A stretch of 64,000 nt of DNA from Thermoanaerobaculia bacterium (GTDB lineage: Bacteria; Acidobacteriota; Thermoanaerobaculia; UBA5066): positions 15,080 through 79,079 of the forward strand of contig JBBQRP010000017.1 of assembly GCA_038214715.1 (NCBI GenBank), in the 5' to 3' direction. Shown here piece by piece: positions 36,290 through 44,410 of the stretch. The notes below the pieces were generated by a model. The model saw nothing but the letters and a program-made list of their open reading frames with translations, made no database searches and was not told the origin of the DNA. The stretch's first letter is position 1. The number at the start of each line of letters is the position of its first letter. The position numbers and the translations under genes are program-made.

Positions 36290-36367
36290 GGCGGCGTAGC
36301 TCAGATTGGCCAGAGCAGGGGTCTCATAAGCCCTTTGTCGGCGGTTCGATTCCGCCCGCCGCCACCA
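36290..36367 (+). tRNA. tRNA with CAU anticodon (elongator Met, or Ile2 if lysidinylated)
   Basis: Hand-folded cloverleaf: acceptor GGCGGCG/CGCCGCC, D arm GCTC-AGATTGGCCA-GAGC, anticodon arm GGGGT-CTCATAA-GCCCT, T arm GGCGG-TTCGATT-CCGCC, discriminator A, encoded CCA. 78 nt. Confidence 0.9.
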
Positions 36368-36397
36368 TTCATCCATCCGAGCGCCTATGATTCCGCC

Positions 36398-36628
36398 ATG
36401 CGCCGGCGCGAGCAGGACGACGACCCTTCGCCGTACGTCTTCTGCGAAAGATGTCAGCAGATGTCCGAGCGCGCGCTGATCCAGGACTGCCCGTACTGCT
36501 TCAAGGACTTCTGCCGCAGCTGCGCGATCCGATCCGGCAGCCTCGCGTTCTGCAGCAAGGCCTGCGCGGACGCCTGGTTCTTCGCCGAGGCAGACGAGGA
36601 CGAGGACGCCGACGAGCAGAAGGGCTGA
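36398..36628 (+). CDS. small 8-Cys zinc-finger protein with acidic tail
   Basis: I trimmed track ORF 36335..36628, whose TTG start lies inside the tRNA, to ATG at 36398. C-x2-C-x12-C-x2-C-x4-C-x2-C-x9-C-x3-C, then EADEDEDADE. Confidence 0.6.
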   Translation: MRRREQDDDPSPYVFCERCQQMSERALIQDCPYCFKDFCRSCAIRSGSLAFCSKACADAWFFAEADEDEDADEQKG

Positions 36629-36631
36629 CCG

Positions 36632-37102
36632 GTGGATCTCAGGAGCCAGCTCCTCACGGCCCTGGACCGGGCGTACGACGGAAAGTCGTGGCACGGGCCG
36701 AACCTGAGACGGGCCCTCGCAGGCCTGACGCCCGCCGTCGCGTTCTTCCGGCCGGGGCCCGAACGCCACTCCGTCTACGATCTCGCCCTCCACGCGGCGT
36801 ACTGGAAGTACGTCGTGAGGAGGCGCCTCTCGGGCGAAAAGCGCGGATCGTTCGAGGTCCCCGGCTCGAATTTCTTCCTTGCTCCGGCGCGCTCTTCGGC
36901 TGAGGAGCTCACGAAAGCCCTGTCCGTGCTCGCGAGCGAGCACGCCGCCCTCCGCGCTTTCGTCGGGGAAGCGCCGGCGACGCTCTTCGCGGCGAAGTTC
37001 GGACGCTGGACCGGGGAAGCGATGATCGCGGGAGCGGCCGCCCACGATCTCTATCATGCGGGCCAGATCCAGCTCGTGAAGAAGCTCTACGCGGACCGGT
37101 GA
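36632..37102 (+). CDS. DinB-family (four-helix bundle) protein
   Basis: 156 aa. GTG start 4 nt after the preceding stop. SWHGPNL..., LHAAYWKY, AAHDLYHAGQI resemble the DinB superfamily His triad. Confidence 0.82.
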   Translation: MDLRSQLLTALDRAYDGKSWHGPNLRRALAGLTPAVAFFRPGPERHSVYDLALHAAYWKYVVRRRLSGEKRGSFEVPGSNFFLAPARSSAEELTKALSVLASEHAALRAFVGEAPATLFAAKFGRWTGEAMIAGAAAHDLYHAGQIQLVKKLYADR

Positions 37103-37171
37103 CGCTAGACCTGAGGGAGAGATTGCCCCCCCGGTCTCCCGTAGACTCCCCCGTCCCCTTCAGGAGGAGAA

Positions 37172-38020
37172 ATGCCGTGTGATCCGGAAGCGCTCGGGGG
37201 AATCGACCTCTTCGCGCACCTGAGCGCCCGGGACCGCTCGGGCCTCGCGGAGCTCGTCGACCGCCGCGTCCTGGAGGCCGGCGAGACGCTCTTTTCCATC
37301 GGAGATCCCGGCGAGTCTCTCTTCGTCGTAAGAAGCGGTCGCGTGGAGCTGTTCCTCAGGGACACGGCCGGTCAGAAGATCGTGCTGTCGGTGGCGGATC
37401 CCGGTGACATCTTCGGCGAGCTGGCGCTTCTCGACGGCGGGGCGCGCTCCGCGAGCGCGTTGGCCCTCGAGGAGACGGAGCTCCTCGAGCTCAGCCGCAC
37501 ACACCTCCTCCCCCTGTTTCAGAGGAGCCCTGAAGTCGCGCTTCGGCTCTTCGCCGGGATGGGTCAGATGACGCGCAAGGCGGATGATCTTCTGAAGGCC
37601 CGCGTGTCCCGCAACGCGAACGTCGAGGCCGAGGCGAACCTCAGCCGCCTGCAGAGGGTCGCGGACTGGATCAGCGACTTCAGCGGCCGGATGCCCTTCC
37701 TGATCCTGAACGCGCTCTGGTTCCTCGTGTGGATCGCGGTCAACACGCTCCCCCTCGGCGTCCCGGCCTTCGACCCGTACCCCTTCGGCCTCCTCACGAT
37801 GATCGTCTCTCTCGAAGCGATCTTCCTGTCCTGCTTCGTGCTCATCAGTCAGAACCGCCAGGCGGAGAAGGACCACGTGCGATCGGACATCGAGTACGAG
37901 GTGAACATCAAGGCGGAGCTCGAGATCGCTCACCTGCACGAGAAGACGGACCGGATCCAGACCGAGATGCTCGAGCATTTCAGACGCCTCGAGAAGACGC
38001 TCGCCGCCGCACGTGGCTGA
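37172..38020 (+). CDS. cyclic-nucleotide-binding domain fused to DUF1003 membrane domain
   Basis: AGGAGGAG SD. The cNMP-binding fold has GDPGESLFVVRSGRVEL and FGELALLDGGARSASA. The C-terminal half has DUF1003-like features (two TM helices, LEAIFLSCFVLISQNRQ). Confidence 0.85.
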   Translation: MPCDPEALGGIDLFAHLSARDRSGLAELVDRRVLEAGETLFSIGDPGESLFVVRSGRVELFLRDTAGQKIVLSVADPGDIFGELALLDGGARSASALALEETELLELSRTHLLPLFQRSPEVALRLFAGMGQMTRKADDLLKARVSRNANVEAEANLSRLQRVADWISDFSGRMPFLILNALWFLVWIAVNTLPLGVPAFDPYPFGLLTMIVSLEAIFLSCFVLISQNRQAEKDHVRSDIEYEVNIKAELEIAHLHEKTDRIQTEMLEHFRRLEKTLAAARG

Positions 38021-39938
38021 TAGAGTTCGAGGAAACGTGCCCGCGACCGAGCGCATTTCGCCCGTCGAGGAATCTCTCCCCGAGTTCACGGCGAAGGCCG
38101 TGGTCACGGGCATCGTCCTGGGTCTCGTCTTCGGGGCCGCGAACGCGTATCTCGGCCTCCGGGTCGGGCTCACCGTCTCGGCGTCGATCCCGGCGGCCGT
38201 CCTGACCGTCGCGGTCTTCCGTCTCCTCGGGCGCAAGGGGTCGATTCTCGAGGCGAACATCTCCCAGACGATCGGCTCCGCTTCGACTTCTCTCGCGACC
38301 GGCGCGATCTTCACGATTCCCGCCCTCTTCCTCTGGGGCGTCGCACCTCCGTACCTGCAGGTCGTGGCGCTCTGCTTCCTCGGCGCGGTCCTCGGCCTCT
38401 CGGCGATGATCCCGCTCCGTAGGCTCCTCATCGTAGACGCGCACGCCGAGCTGCCCTATCCCGAGGGCACGGCCTGCGCCGAGGTGCTGCGCGCTACGGC
38501 GGCGGACTCGACCGGGAGCGCGTGGATCTTTCGCGGCATGGCCGTCGGCGCCCTCGTGAAAATCGTGATCGCGCTCTTCTTCCTGATGCCCGGAGAGATC
38601 GGAATGGTTCTTCCGTTCCTGCCGAAGGCGGAGCTCGCTATCGAGCTCGCGCCCGCGCTGCTCGCTGTCGGATACATCCTCGGGTATCGGCAGTCCGGCG
38701 TTCTCGTCGCGGGGGCGATCGTCTCGTCGCTCGTCCTCATTCCGCTCATCGCGTTCCTCGGGCAGGGACTCACGGCTCCTCTCTTTCCCGAGACCGTGAA
38801 GCTCGTGTCCGCGATGTCGACGGGGGAGATCTGGTCGCGCTACGTGCGGTACATCGGAGCGGGCGCCGTCGCGGCCGCGGGGATTCTGACCGTCCTGAAG
38901 AATTTCCCTACGATGGCGGGCGCGTTTCTCGCGGTCGTGAAGGGAGTCCGGGGCGGCACGAAGGGGGGCGAAGCGGGCCCGGTCCCCCGCACCGATCACG
39001 ACCTGCCCGGCTGGTTCGTCTTCGGGGGCATCGCGTTCGTGATCCTGTCGGCCGCGCTCGTGCCGGGCATCTTCTCGGGCGGGATGGGGCCGCTGCCGCG
39101 GGCGGTGTGCGCGGCGGGAGTGGGCGTCTTCGGCGTTCTTTTCGTCGCGGTCGCGGCCCGCATCGTCGGGATTGTTGGCGTCTCCTCGCAGCCTACGTCG
39201 GGCATCACGCTCGTCACGCTCATCGCGATCGCGTCGCTCTTCGCGGCGGCGGGCTGGACGGACGGAAACGCCCGCGCGGCGGTGCTCACCGTGGGCACGA
39301 TCGTCGCGATCGCGGCGTCGAAGGCGGGCGACATCTCGCAGGACCTCAAGACGGGCTGGCTCGTGGGCGCGACGCCCGCGCGCCAGCAGCTCGGCCAGCT
39401 CATCGGCGCGTCGTTCGCGTGCTGGGGCGTCGCGGCGACGGTGCTCCTCCTCGGGAGCGCCTACACGTTCGGCACGAAGGAGATCCCGGCGCCCCAGGCC
39501 ACGCTCATGAAGACGATCATCGAGGGCGTCCTGTCGGGCGCGCTGCCCTGGGGGCTCGTCCTGTCGGGAGCGGGTCTCTCGATCGCGGTCATCCTGTGCG
39601 GGATCTCCGGCCTCGCGTTCGCGATCGGCGTCTACCTGCCGCTGGCTTCCATGGCGCCGATCTTCCTCGGGGGCTGCGCCCGCGGGCTCGTCGAGAGGTT
39701 GCGCAAGGGGCTGCCTCCGTCGGACAGCGACCCGGGCGTCCTCGCGGCGTCGGGTCTCGTCGCAGGCGAGGGCCTCGCGGGCGTTCTCGTGGCGGGGCTC
39801 GTGGCGCTGCACGTCGCGCCGAAGGGCCGTCCGCCGATCGTCGCGGGCGCCGCCGGCGAGGGCCTGACGTTCCTCGCCCTCCTCGCCGTCTGCGCATTCC
39901 TCGTCCGTGCGGGCAGGCGCCAGGCGTCGCCGGTGTAA
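38013..39938 (+). CDS. OPT-family oligopeptide transporter
   Basis: 641 aa, about 16 TM helices. N-terminus EFTAKAVVTGIVLGLVFGAANAYLGLRVGLTVSASIPAAV is typical of the OPT superfamily. The GTG start overlaps the previous gene by 8 nt. Confidence 0.9.
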   Translation: MADRVRGNVPATERISPVEESLPEFTAKAVVTGIVLGLVFGAANAYLGLRVGLTVSASIPAAVLTVAVFRLLGRKGSILEANISQTIGSASTSLATGAIFTIPALFLWGVAPPYLQVVALCFLGAVLGLSAMIPLRRLLIVDAHAELPYPEGTACAEVLRATAADSTGSAWIFRGMAVGALVKIVIALFFLMPGEIGMVLPFLPKAELAIELAPALLAVGYILGYRQSGVLVAGAIVSSLVLIPLIAFLGQGLTAPLFPETVKLVSAMSTGEIWSRYVRYIGAGAVAAAGILTVLKNFPTMAGAFLAVVKGVRGGTKGGEAGPVPRTDHDLPGWFVFGGIAFVILSAALVPGIFSGGMGPLPRAVCAAGVGVFGVLFVAVAARIVGIVGVSSQPTSGITLVTLIAIASLFAAAGWTDGNARAAVLTVGTIVAIAASKAGDISQDLKTGWLVGATPARQQLGQLIGASFACWGVAATVLLLGSAYTFGTKEIPAPQATLMKTIIEGVLSGALPWGLVLSGAGLSIAVILCGISGLAFAIGVYLPLASMAPIFLGGCARGLVERLRKGLPPSDSDPGVLAASGLVAGEGLAGVLVAGLVALHVAPKGRPPIVAGAAGEGLTFLALLAVCAFLVRAGRRQASPV

Positions 39939-39972
39939 CCCGGAGGTCCGTCCGGCCGTATCCTTCCCCGCG

Positions 39973-42900
39973 ATGAAAAGCAGCTCCTTCCACAGAGGCC
40001 TCCTGCTCTCCGCCTTCCTTCTCGCGCCTTTCGCGGGCCGTGCCGACGGGCCCCCCGAGGCCCGGCTTCTTCGGTATCCCGACGCGTGGGGCGATTTCGT
40101 CGTCTTCACGTACGCGGGGGACCTCTGGCGGGCACCCGTGACCGGTGGCGCCTCCTTCCGGCTCACGACCCACGTCGGACAGGAAGTCTTCCCGAAGGTA
40201 TCGCCGGACGGGAAATGGATCGCCTTTTCGGGCGAGTACTCCGGGACGCGGCAGGTCTTCGTGATCCCGTCCTGGGGCGGCGAGCCGAAGCAGCTCACGT
40301 TCTACAACGACGTCGGCGCGATGCCGCCGCGCGGTGGCTTCGACGACTGGGTCCTCGGGTGGACGAAGGGCGGAAAGATCCTCGTTCGCATGAACCGCGT
40401 GCCGTGGAACAACCGCATGGGGCGCTATTACCTCGTGGACCCGAAGGGCGGCCTCGAGACGCCGCTCGAGATCCCCGAGGGAGGCACGGCTTCCTATTCG
40501 CCGGACGGGACGAGGCTCGCGTACACCCCCGTCGACCGCGAGTTCCGGACGTGGAAGAGAACGCGCGGCGGACGCGCGCAGGACGTTTTCATCTACGACT
40601 TCGCGTCGAAGGTCTCCACGCAGATCACGGACTGGAAGGGCACGGACAACTTCCCGATGTGGAACGGGGAGACGATCTTCTTCACCTCGGACCGCGACCG
40701 CACCCTGAATCTCTTCGGGTACGACGTCGCGACGAAGAAGACGCGGAAGGTCACGTCGTTCACGGACTTCGACGTCCTGTGGCCCTCTCTCGCCTCGGAC
40801 CGGAGCTCCCTCGTGTTCATGAACGGGGGATTCGTGTGGCGCCTCGACCTGAACACCGAGAAGGCCGTGAAGATTCCGATCACGCTCGCGTCGGACCACG
40901 CCCCGATCGGGACGGCCTGGAAGGACGTGAAGGAGAACGTCTCGGGGGGGAGCCTCTCGCCGAGCGGAGCCCGCGTTATTTTCGAGGCGCGCGGCGACCT
41001 CTTCAGCGTGCCCGCGAAGGACGGCCAGACCCGCGACCTGACGGACACGCAGGGCGTGCGCGAGCGGGCGCCAGCGTGGTCGCCCGACGGGCGCAGGGTC
41101 GCGTACCTCTCGGATGCGACGGGCGAGTACGAGATCTACGTGAGAGCCGCGGACGGCGCGGGCGAGCCGAAACAGCTCACGAAGGACGGTGCGCCGTGGA
41201 AGTTCGACCCGGTCTGGAGTCCGGACGGAAAGAAGCTCGCGTACGGCGACCGCCGGCACCGCCTGCGGATCCTCGACGCGGACTCCGGCGCGGTGGCGGA
41301 CGTCGACGCGGGGACCCAGGAGGATCTCGACACCTACACCTGGTCTCCCGACTCGAAGTGGCTCGCCTACGAAAAGAGCCACCCGACGCGTCTTCCCGGG
41401 ATCGCCGTCTGGTCGCTCGAGTCGAAGAAGTCGTTCCTCCTCGGGGACGGCCTCACGCGCGACCACGGGCCCGCGTTCTCGGCGGACGGGAAGTACCTCT
41501 TCTTCCTGTCCGAGCGCGACTTCCCGCTCGTCTTCTCGGCGTACGAGTTCAACTATCTTTATGCGCGCGCGACCCGCGTCTTCGTCGCGGCGCTCGCCTC
41601 CGGCACGCCGTCTCTCTTCCCGCCGAAGAACGACGAGGAAAAGGGGGCCGAGGCGAAGGATCCGGCCGAGAAGAAGGACGAGAAGAAGGACGAGAAAAAG
41701 CCCGTTCCCGCGACCGCGATCGACGCGGCCGGCTTCCTGGCGCGCACGCAGACGCTGCCCGCAATCCCCGCCGGCAACTATCCCGAGCTCGCCGCCTCGA
41801 CCGATTCGGTCTGGTACGTGAGGGGCGGCGACGGCGACGGCGGCCCCGCCGGCCGCGCGCTCTACCGGTACGACCTCAAGGAGCGCAAGGAAGAGAAGGC
41901 TCTCGACGGAGTCGCCGGCTGGGAGATCTCGCGCGACGGCAGGAAGGTCCTCTACCGCCTCGGCTCCGACTGGTTCGTGACGGACGCTAAGGCGCCGATC
42001 AAGGCGGCAGACGGCAAGCTCGACCTCTCCGGCCTGAGGATGAAGCTCGACGTCGCGGCCGAAACGAGGCAGATGTGGGACGACGGCACCCGGGTCGTCC
42101 GCGACTGGTTCTACGACGAGAAGATGCACGGCACCGACTGGGCCGGGCTGAAGAAGCGCTACGGGGCGCTCGTGCCGTACGTCGCGCACCGGGCCGACCT
42201 CGACTTCCTGTTCGGCGAGATCATGGGCGAGCTCGAATCCGGGCACACGTACGTTGCGTCCGGCGATGAGCCGAAGGTGCCACGCGTCCTCGGCGGAATG
42301 CTCGGCGCCGAGCTCGAGGCCGACCCGTCGGGCCGGTACCGCGTTGCGAAGATCTTCGCGGGCGAGAACTGGGACGACGGCTGGCGTTCGCCGCTCACGG
42401 AGCCCGGCGTTGACGTGAAGGAAGGGAGCTTCCTCCTCGCGATCGACGGCCGCGACCTGACGACGACCGACAACCCGTTCCGGCTCCTCGAGGGCAAGGG
42501 CGGCAAGCTCGTGTCGCTCCTCGTCTCCGACAGGCCCTCGAAGGAGGGCGCGCGAACGGTGTGGGTCCGCACGATCACATCCGAGCAGAACCTCCGTTAC
42601 TTCGACTGGGTGAAGAGCCGCATGGCGATGGTCGAGAGGCTCTCGGGCGGGAAGGTCGGATACATACACCTCCCGGACACGGCGCAATCCGGCAACCGAA
42701 TGCTCCAGAAGCTCTTCTCGTCCCAGTCGTCGAAACCCGCGCTCCTCGTGGACGACCGCTACAACGGCGGCGGCTTCATTCCCGACCGCATGATCGAGAT
42801 CCTGTCGCGCAAGACGCTCGCTTTCTTCGCACGCCGGGGCCTCGAGAGCTTCCGCGCACCGGGCCTCGCTCACGACGGACCCCAGGCCATGCTCGTGAAC

Positions 42901-43266
42901 GGCTATTCCTCCTCGGGCGGCGACGCCTTGCCGTACTTCTTCCGGGTGAACAAGCTCGGGCCGATCATCGGAACGCGCACATGGGGCGGGCTCATCGGCC
43001 TCTCTGGCAATCCGCGGCTCGTGGACGGCGGCTCTGTCCAGGTCCCGACGTTCCGGATCTACGACCGGGAGGGGAAGTGGGTCGTCGAGAACGAGGGCGT
43101 CTCGCCGGACATCGAGGTTTTCGACGACGCCGGTTCGCGCGTGAAAGGCGGAGACCCGACGCTCGAAAAGGGTGTCGAGATTCTCCTCAGGGAGCTCGAG
43201 AAGCCGGGTGCGTGGAAGGAGCCAAAGGTCCCCGTGCCGCCCGACATGGAGAAGCCGAAGCCCTGA
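39973..43266 (+). CDS. tricorn-protease-like S41 peptidase (beta-propellers, PDZ, S41 domain), secreted
   Basis: I trimmed track ORF 39907..43266 to ATG at 39973 (MKSSSFHRGLLLSAFLLAPFAG signal). LRYPDAWGDFVVFTYAGDLW, SPDGKWIAFSGEY, repeated SPDG propeller blades, and C-terminal YNGGG...SSGGDA. Confidence 0.9.
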   Translation: MKSSSFHRGLLLSAFLLAPFAGRADGPPEARLLRYPDAWGDFVVFTYAGDLWRAPVTGGASFRLTTHVGQEVFPKVSPDGKWIAFSGEYSGTRQVFVIPSWGGEPKQLTFYNDVGAMPPRGGFDDWVLGWTKGGKILVRMNRVPWNNRMGRYYLVDPKGGLETPLEIPEGGTASYSPDGTRLAYTPVDREFRTWKRTRGGRAQDVFIYDFASKVSTQITDWKGTDNFPMWNGETIFFTSDRDRTLNLFGYDVATKKTRKVTSFTDFDVLWPSLASDRSSLVFMNGGFVWRLDLNTEKAVKIPITLASDHAPIGTAWKDVKENVSGGSLSPSGARVIFEARGDLFSVPAKDGQTRDLTDTQGVRERAPAWSPDGRRVAYLSDATGEYEIYVRAADGAGEPKQLTKDGAPWKFDPVWSPDGKKLAYGDRRHRLRILDADSGAVADVDAGTQEDLDTYTWSPDSKWLAYEKSHPTRLPGIAVWSLESKKSFLLGDGLTRDHGPAFSADGKYLFFLSERDFPLVFSAYEFNYLYARATRVFVAALASGTPSLFPPKNDEEKGAEAKDPAEKKDEKKDEKKPVPATAIDAAGFLARTQTLPAIPAGNYPELAASTDSVWYVRGGDGDGGPAGRALYRYDLKERKEEKALDGVAGWEISRDGRKVLYRLGSDWFVTDAKAPIKAADGKLDLSGLRMKLDVAAETRQMWDDGTRVVRDWFYDEKMHGTDWAGLKKRYGALVPYVAHRADLDFLFGEIMGELESGHTYVASGDEPKVPRVLGGMLGAELEADPSGRYRVAKIFAGENWDDGWRSPLTEPGVDVKEGSFLLAIDGRDLTTTDNPFRLLEGKGGKLVSLLVSDRPSKEGARTVWVRTITSEQNLRYFDWVKSRMAMVERLSGGKVGYIHLPDTAQSGNRMLQKLFSSQSSKPALLVDDRYNGGGFIPDRMIEILSRKTLAFFARRGLESFRAPGLAHDGPQAMLVNGYSSSGGDALPYFFRVNKLGPIIGTRTWGGLIGLSGNPRLVDGGSVQVPTFRIYDREGKWVVENEGVSPDIEVFDDAGSRVKGGDPTLEKGVEILLRELEKPGAWKEPKVPVPPDMEKPKP

Positions 43267-43270
43267 GGGG

Positions 43271-44410
43271 TCAGCGCGCCCGCACCGCCCAGCGCAGCTT
43301 CGCGGAGGAGGAACGCGGGTTGCGGCCGCGCTCCTCGGGCGTCGCGCGGACGACGTCGGCCGCGACGCGGGCGTAGAGCCCGCTTTCGAGGCCGCTCCGG
43401 AACGCCTTCTTCACGAGACGGTCTTCCCCCGAGTGGAACGAAAGGATCGCCGCGCGGCCGCCCGGCGCGAGGCAATGCGGGAGGTCGCGCAGAAACGTGT
43501 CCAGCGCGGTGAGCTCGTCGTTGACGAGGATGCGGATCGCCTGGAAGGTCCGTTGGAGGGAAGATTGCTTCGCCTCGGACGCGTGACGACTGGTTCGTCC
43601 CTCGAATGTGGACTCGACGGCTCGGGCCACGTCAGATGTTCGGAGAGAATTTCTTAGAAGGTGGTTGAGGCGCGGGTTGCCGGCGTTCGCGTCGTGTGGC
43701 GCCGCGGCGCTCGGAGCCGCCAGCCGGTGCGCCGCCACGGCCAGCTGCCGGGCGATTCCCGCCGCTTCTGGCTCGTCTCCATACCTTCGAAGAAAATCTT
43801 CTATTTCTCCCTCCTTCATCCGAAGCAGCAGAGCTCCGGCGGGAATCCCGCGCTCGGGGTTCATCCTGAGGTCGAGGGGGACGTCGTGTTTCCACGAGAA
43901 GCCGCGCTCCGGGTCGTCGATCTGCATGGACGAGACGCCGAGGTCGGCGAGGACGAGGTCGGCGCCGCGGGCGAGGCCCTCCTCGTCGAGGAGCTTGCGG
44001 AGTCCCGCGAAATTGCGTCGGACAGACTTGACCGCGCCCGGAGCGCCGAGTTCCCGCGCGGCGGATTCGAGGCGCGCACCCGCCTTCGGGAGCTCGAATG
44101 GGTCCACATCCAGGGCGAGGAGGCGGCCGCCGGGAAGCACACGCGAAAGCAGGGCGGACGCGTGGCCGCCCCAGCCGAGCGTCGCGTCCACGGCGACGTC
44201 GCCAGGAGCGGGGGCGAGGGCCTCGAGAACCTCGGTGAGGAGGACGGGAACGTGGCTGCCGGCGGGCGTCCTCCCTGAGGCGATCAGCTTCGCGCGTGCG
44301 TCCGGATACCGTGCGGCGTCGTGTTCCTTGTACTTCTCCTCGAATTTCTTCGGGTGGGTTCCCGCATAGCGCGGACGCCTCTTGTGCTCCGGCGGCGGGT
44401 CGAAGCTCAC
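43271..44410 (-). CDS. RsmH-like SAM-dependent 16S rRNA (cytosine-N4) methyltransferase paralog with N-terminal extension
   Basis: I trimmed track ORF 43271..44920 to GTG at 44410, which overlaps the upstream stop as GTGA. HVPVLLTEVLEAL, DATLGWGGHA, DLGVSSMQID and SFHSGEDRLVK are RsmH/MraW motifs. About 50 extra N-terminal residues. Confidence 0.82.
   Translation of the reverse strand: MSFDPPPEHKRRPRYAGTHPKKFEEKYKEHDAARYPDARAKLIASGRTPAGSHVPVLLTEVLEALAPAPGDVAVDATLGWGGHASALLSRVLPGGRLLALDVDPFELPKAGARLESAARELGAPGAVKSVRRNFAGLRKLLDEEGLARGADLVLADLGVSSMQIDDPERGFSWKHDVPLDLRMNPERGIPAGALLLRMKEGEIEDFLRRYGDEPEAAGIARQLAVAAHRLAAPSAAAPHDANAGNPRLNHLLRNSLRTSDVARAVESTFEGRTSRHASEAKQSSLQRTFQAIRILVNDELTALDTFLRDLPHCLAPGGRAAILSFHSGEDRLVKKAFRSGLESGLYARVAADVVRATPEERGRNPRSSSAKLRWAVRAR
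43644..43670 (+). repeat. motif copy Y: AGAGAATTTCTTAGAAGGTGGTTGAGG
   Basis: Inside the rsmH-like gene, antisense. Shares the exact 15-mer ATTTCTTAGAAGGTG with copy A2. Confidence 0.75.
43778..43803 (-). repeat. motif copy Z: TAGAAGATTTTCTTCGAAGGTATGGA
   Basis: Inside the rsmH-like gene, in the sense orientation. Convergent with Y about 130 nt away. Confidence 0.7.

Noticed and set aside
36290-36367. Whether the CAU tRNA is the initiator tRNA, given the three G-C pairs in the anticodon stem.
   Set aside because: Position 1:72 is a G-C Watson-Crick pair, whereas bacterial initiators have a C1xA72 mismatch. I therefore called it an elongator. Met and lysidine-modified Ile2 cannot be told apart by eye, and the proximity to tilS (about 1.8 kb) is probably coincidental.
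39589-42873. Very long ORFs antisense or out of frame to recognised genes. Examples: 1094 aa at 39589..42873(-), 593 aa at 7416..9197(-), 681 aa at 15821..17866(+), 532 aa at 29207..30805(+), 772 aa at 37980..40298(-).
   Set aside because: Their translations are monotonous R/P/G/A/E-rich strings without motifs. Each lies opposite or out of frame to a gene with clear family signatures (tricorn, ligA, ppk1, ftsH, OPT). This is the typical stop-codon-poor artefact of about 70% GC DNA.
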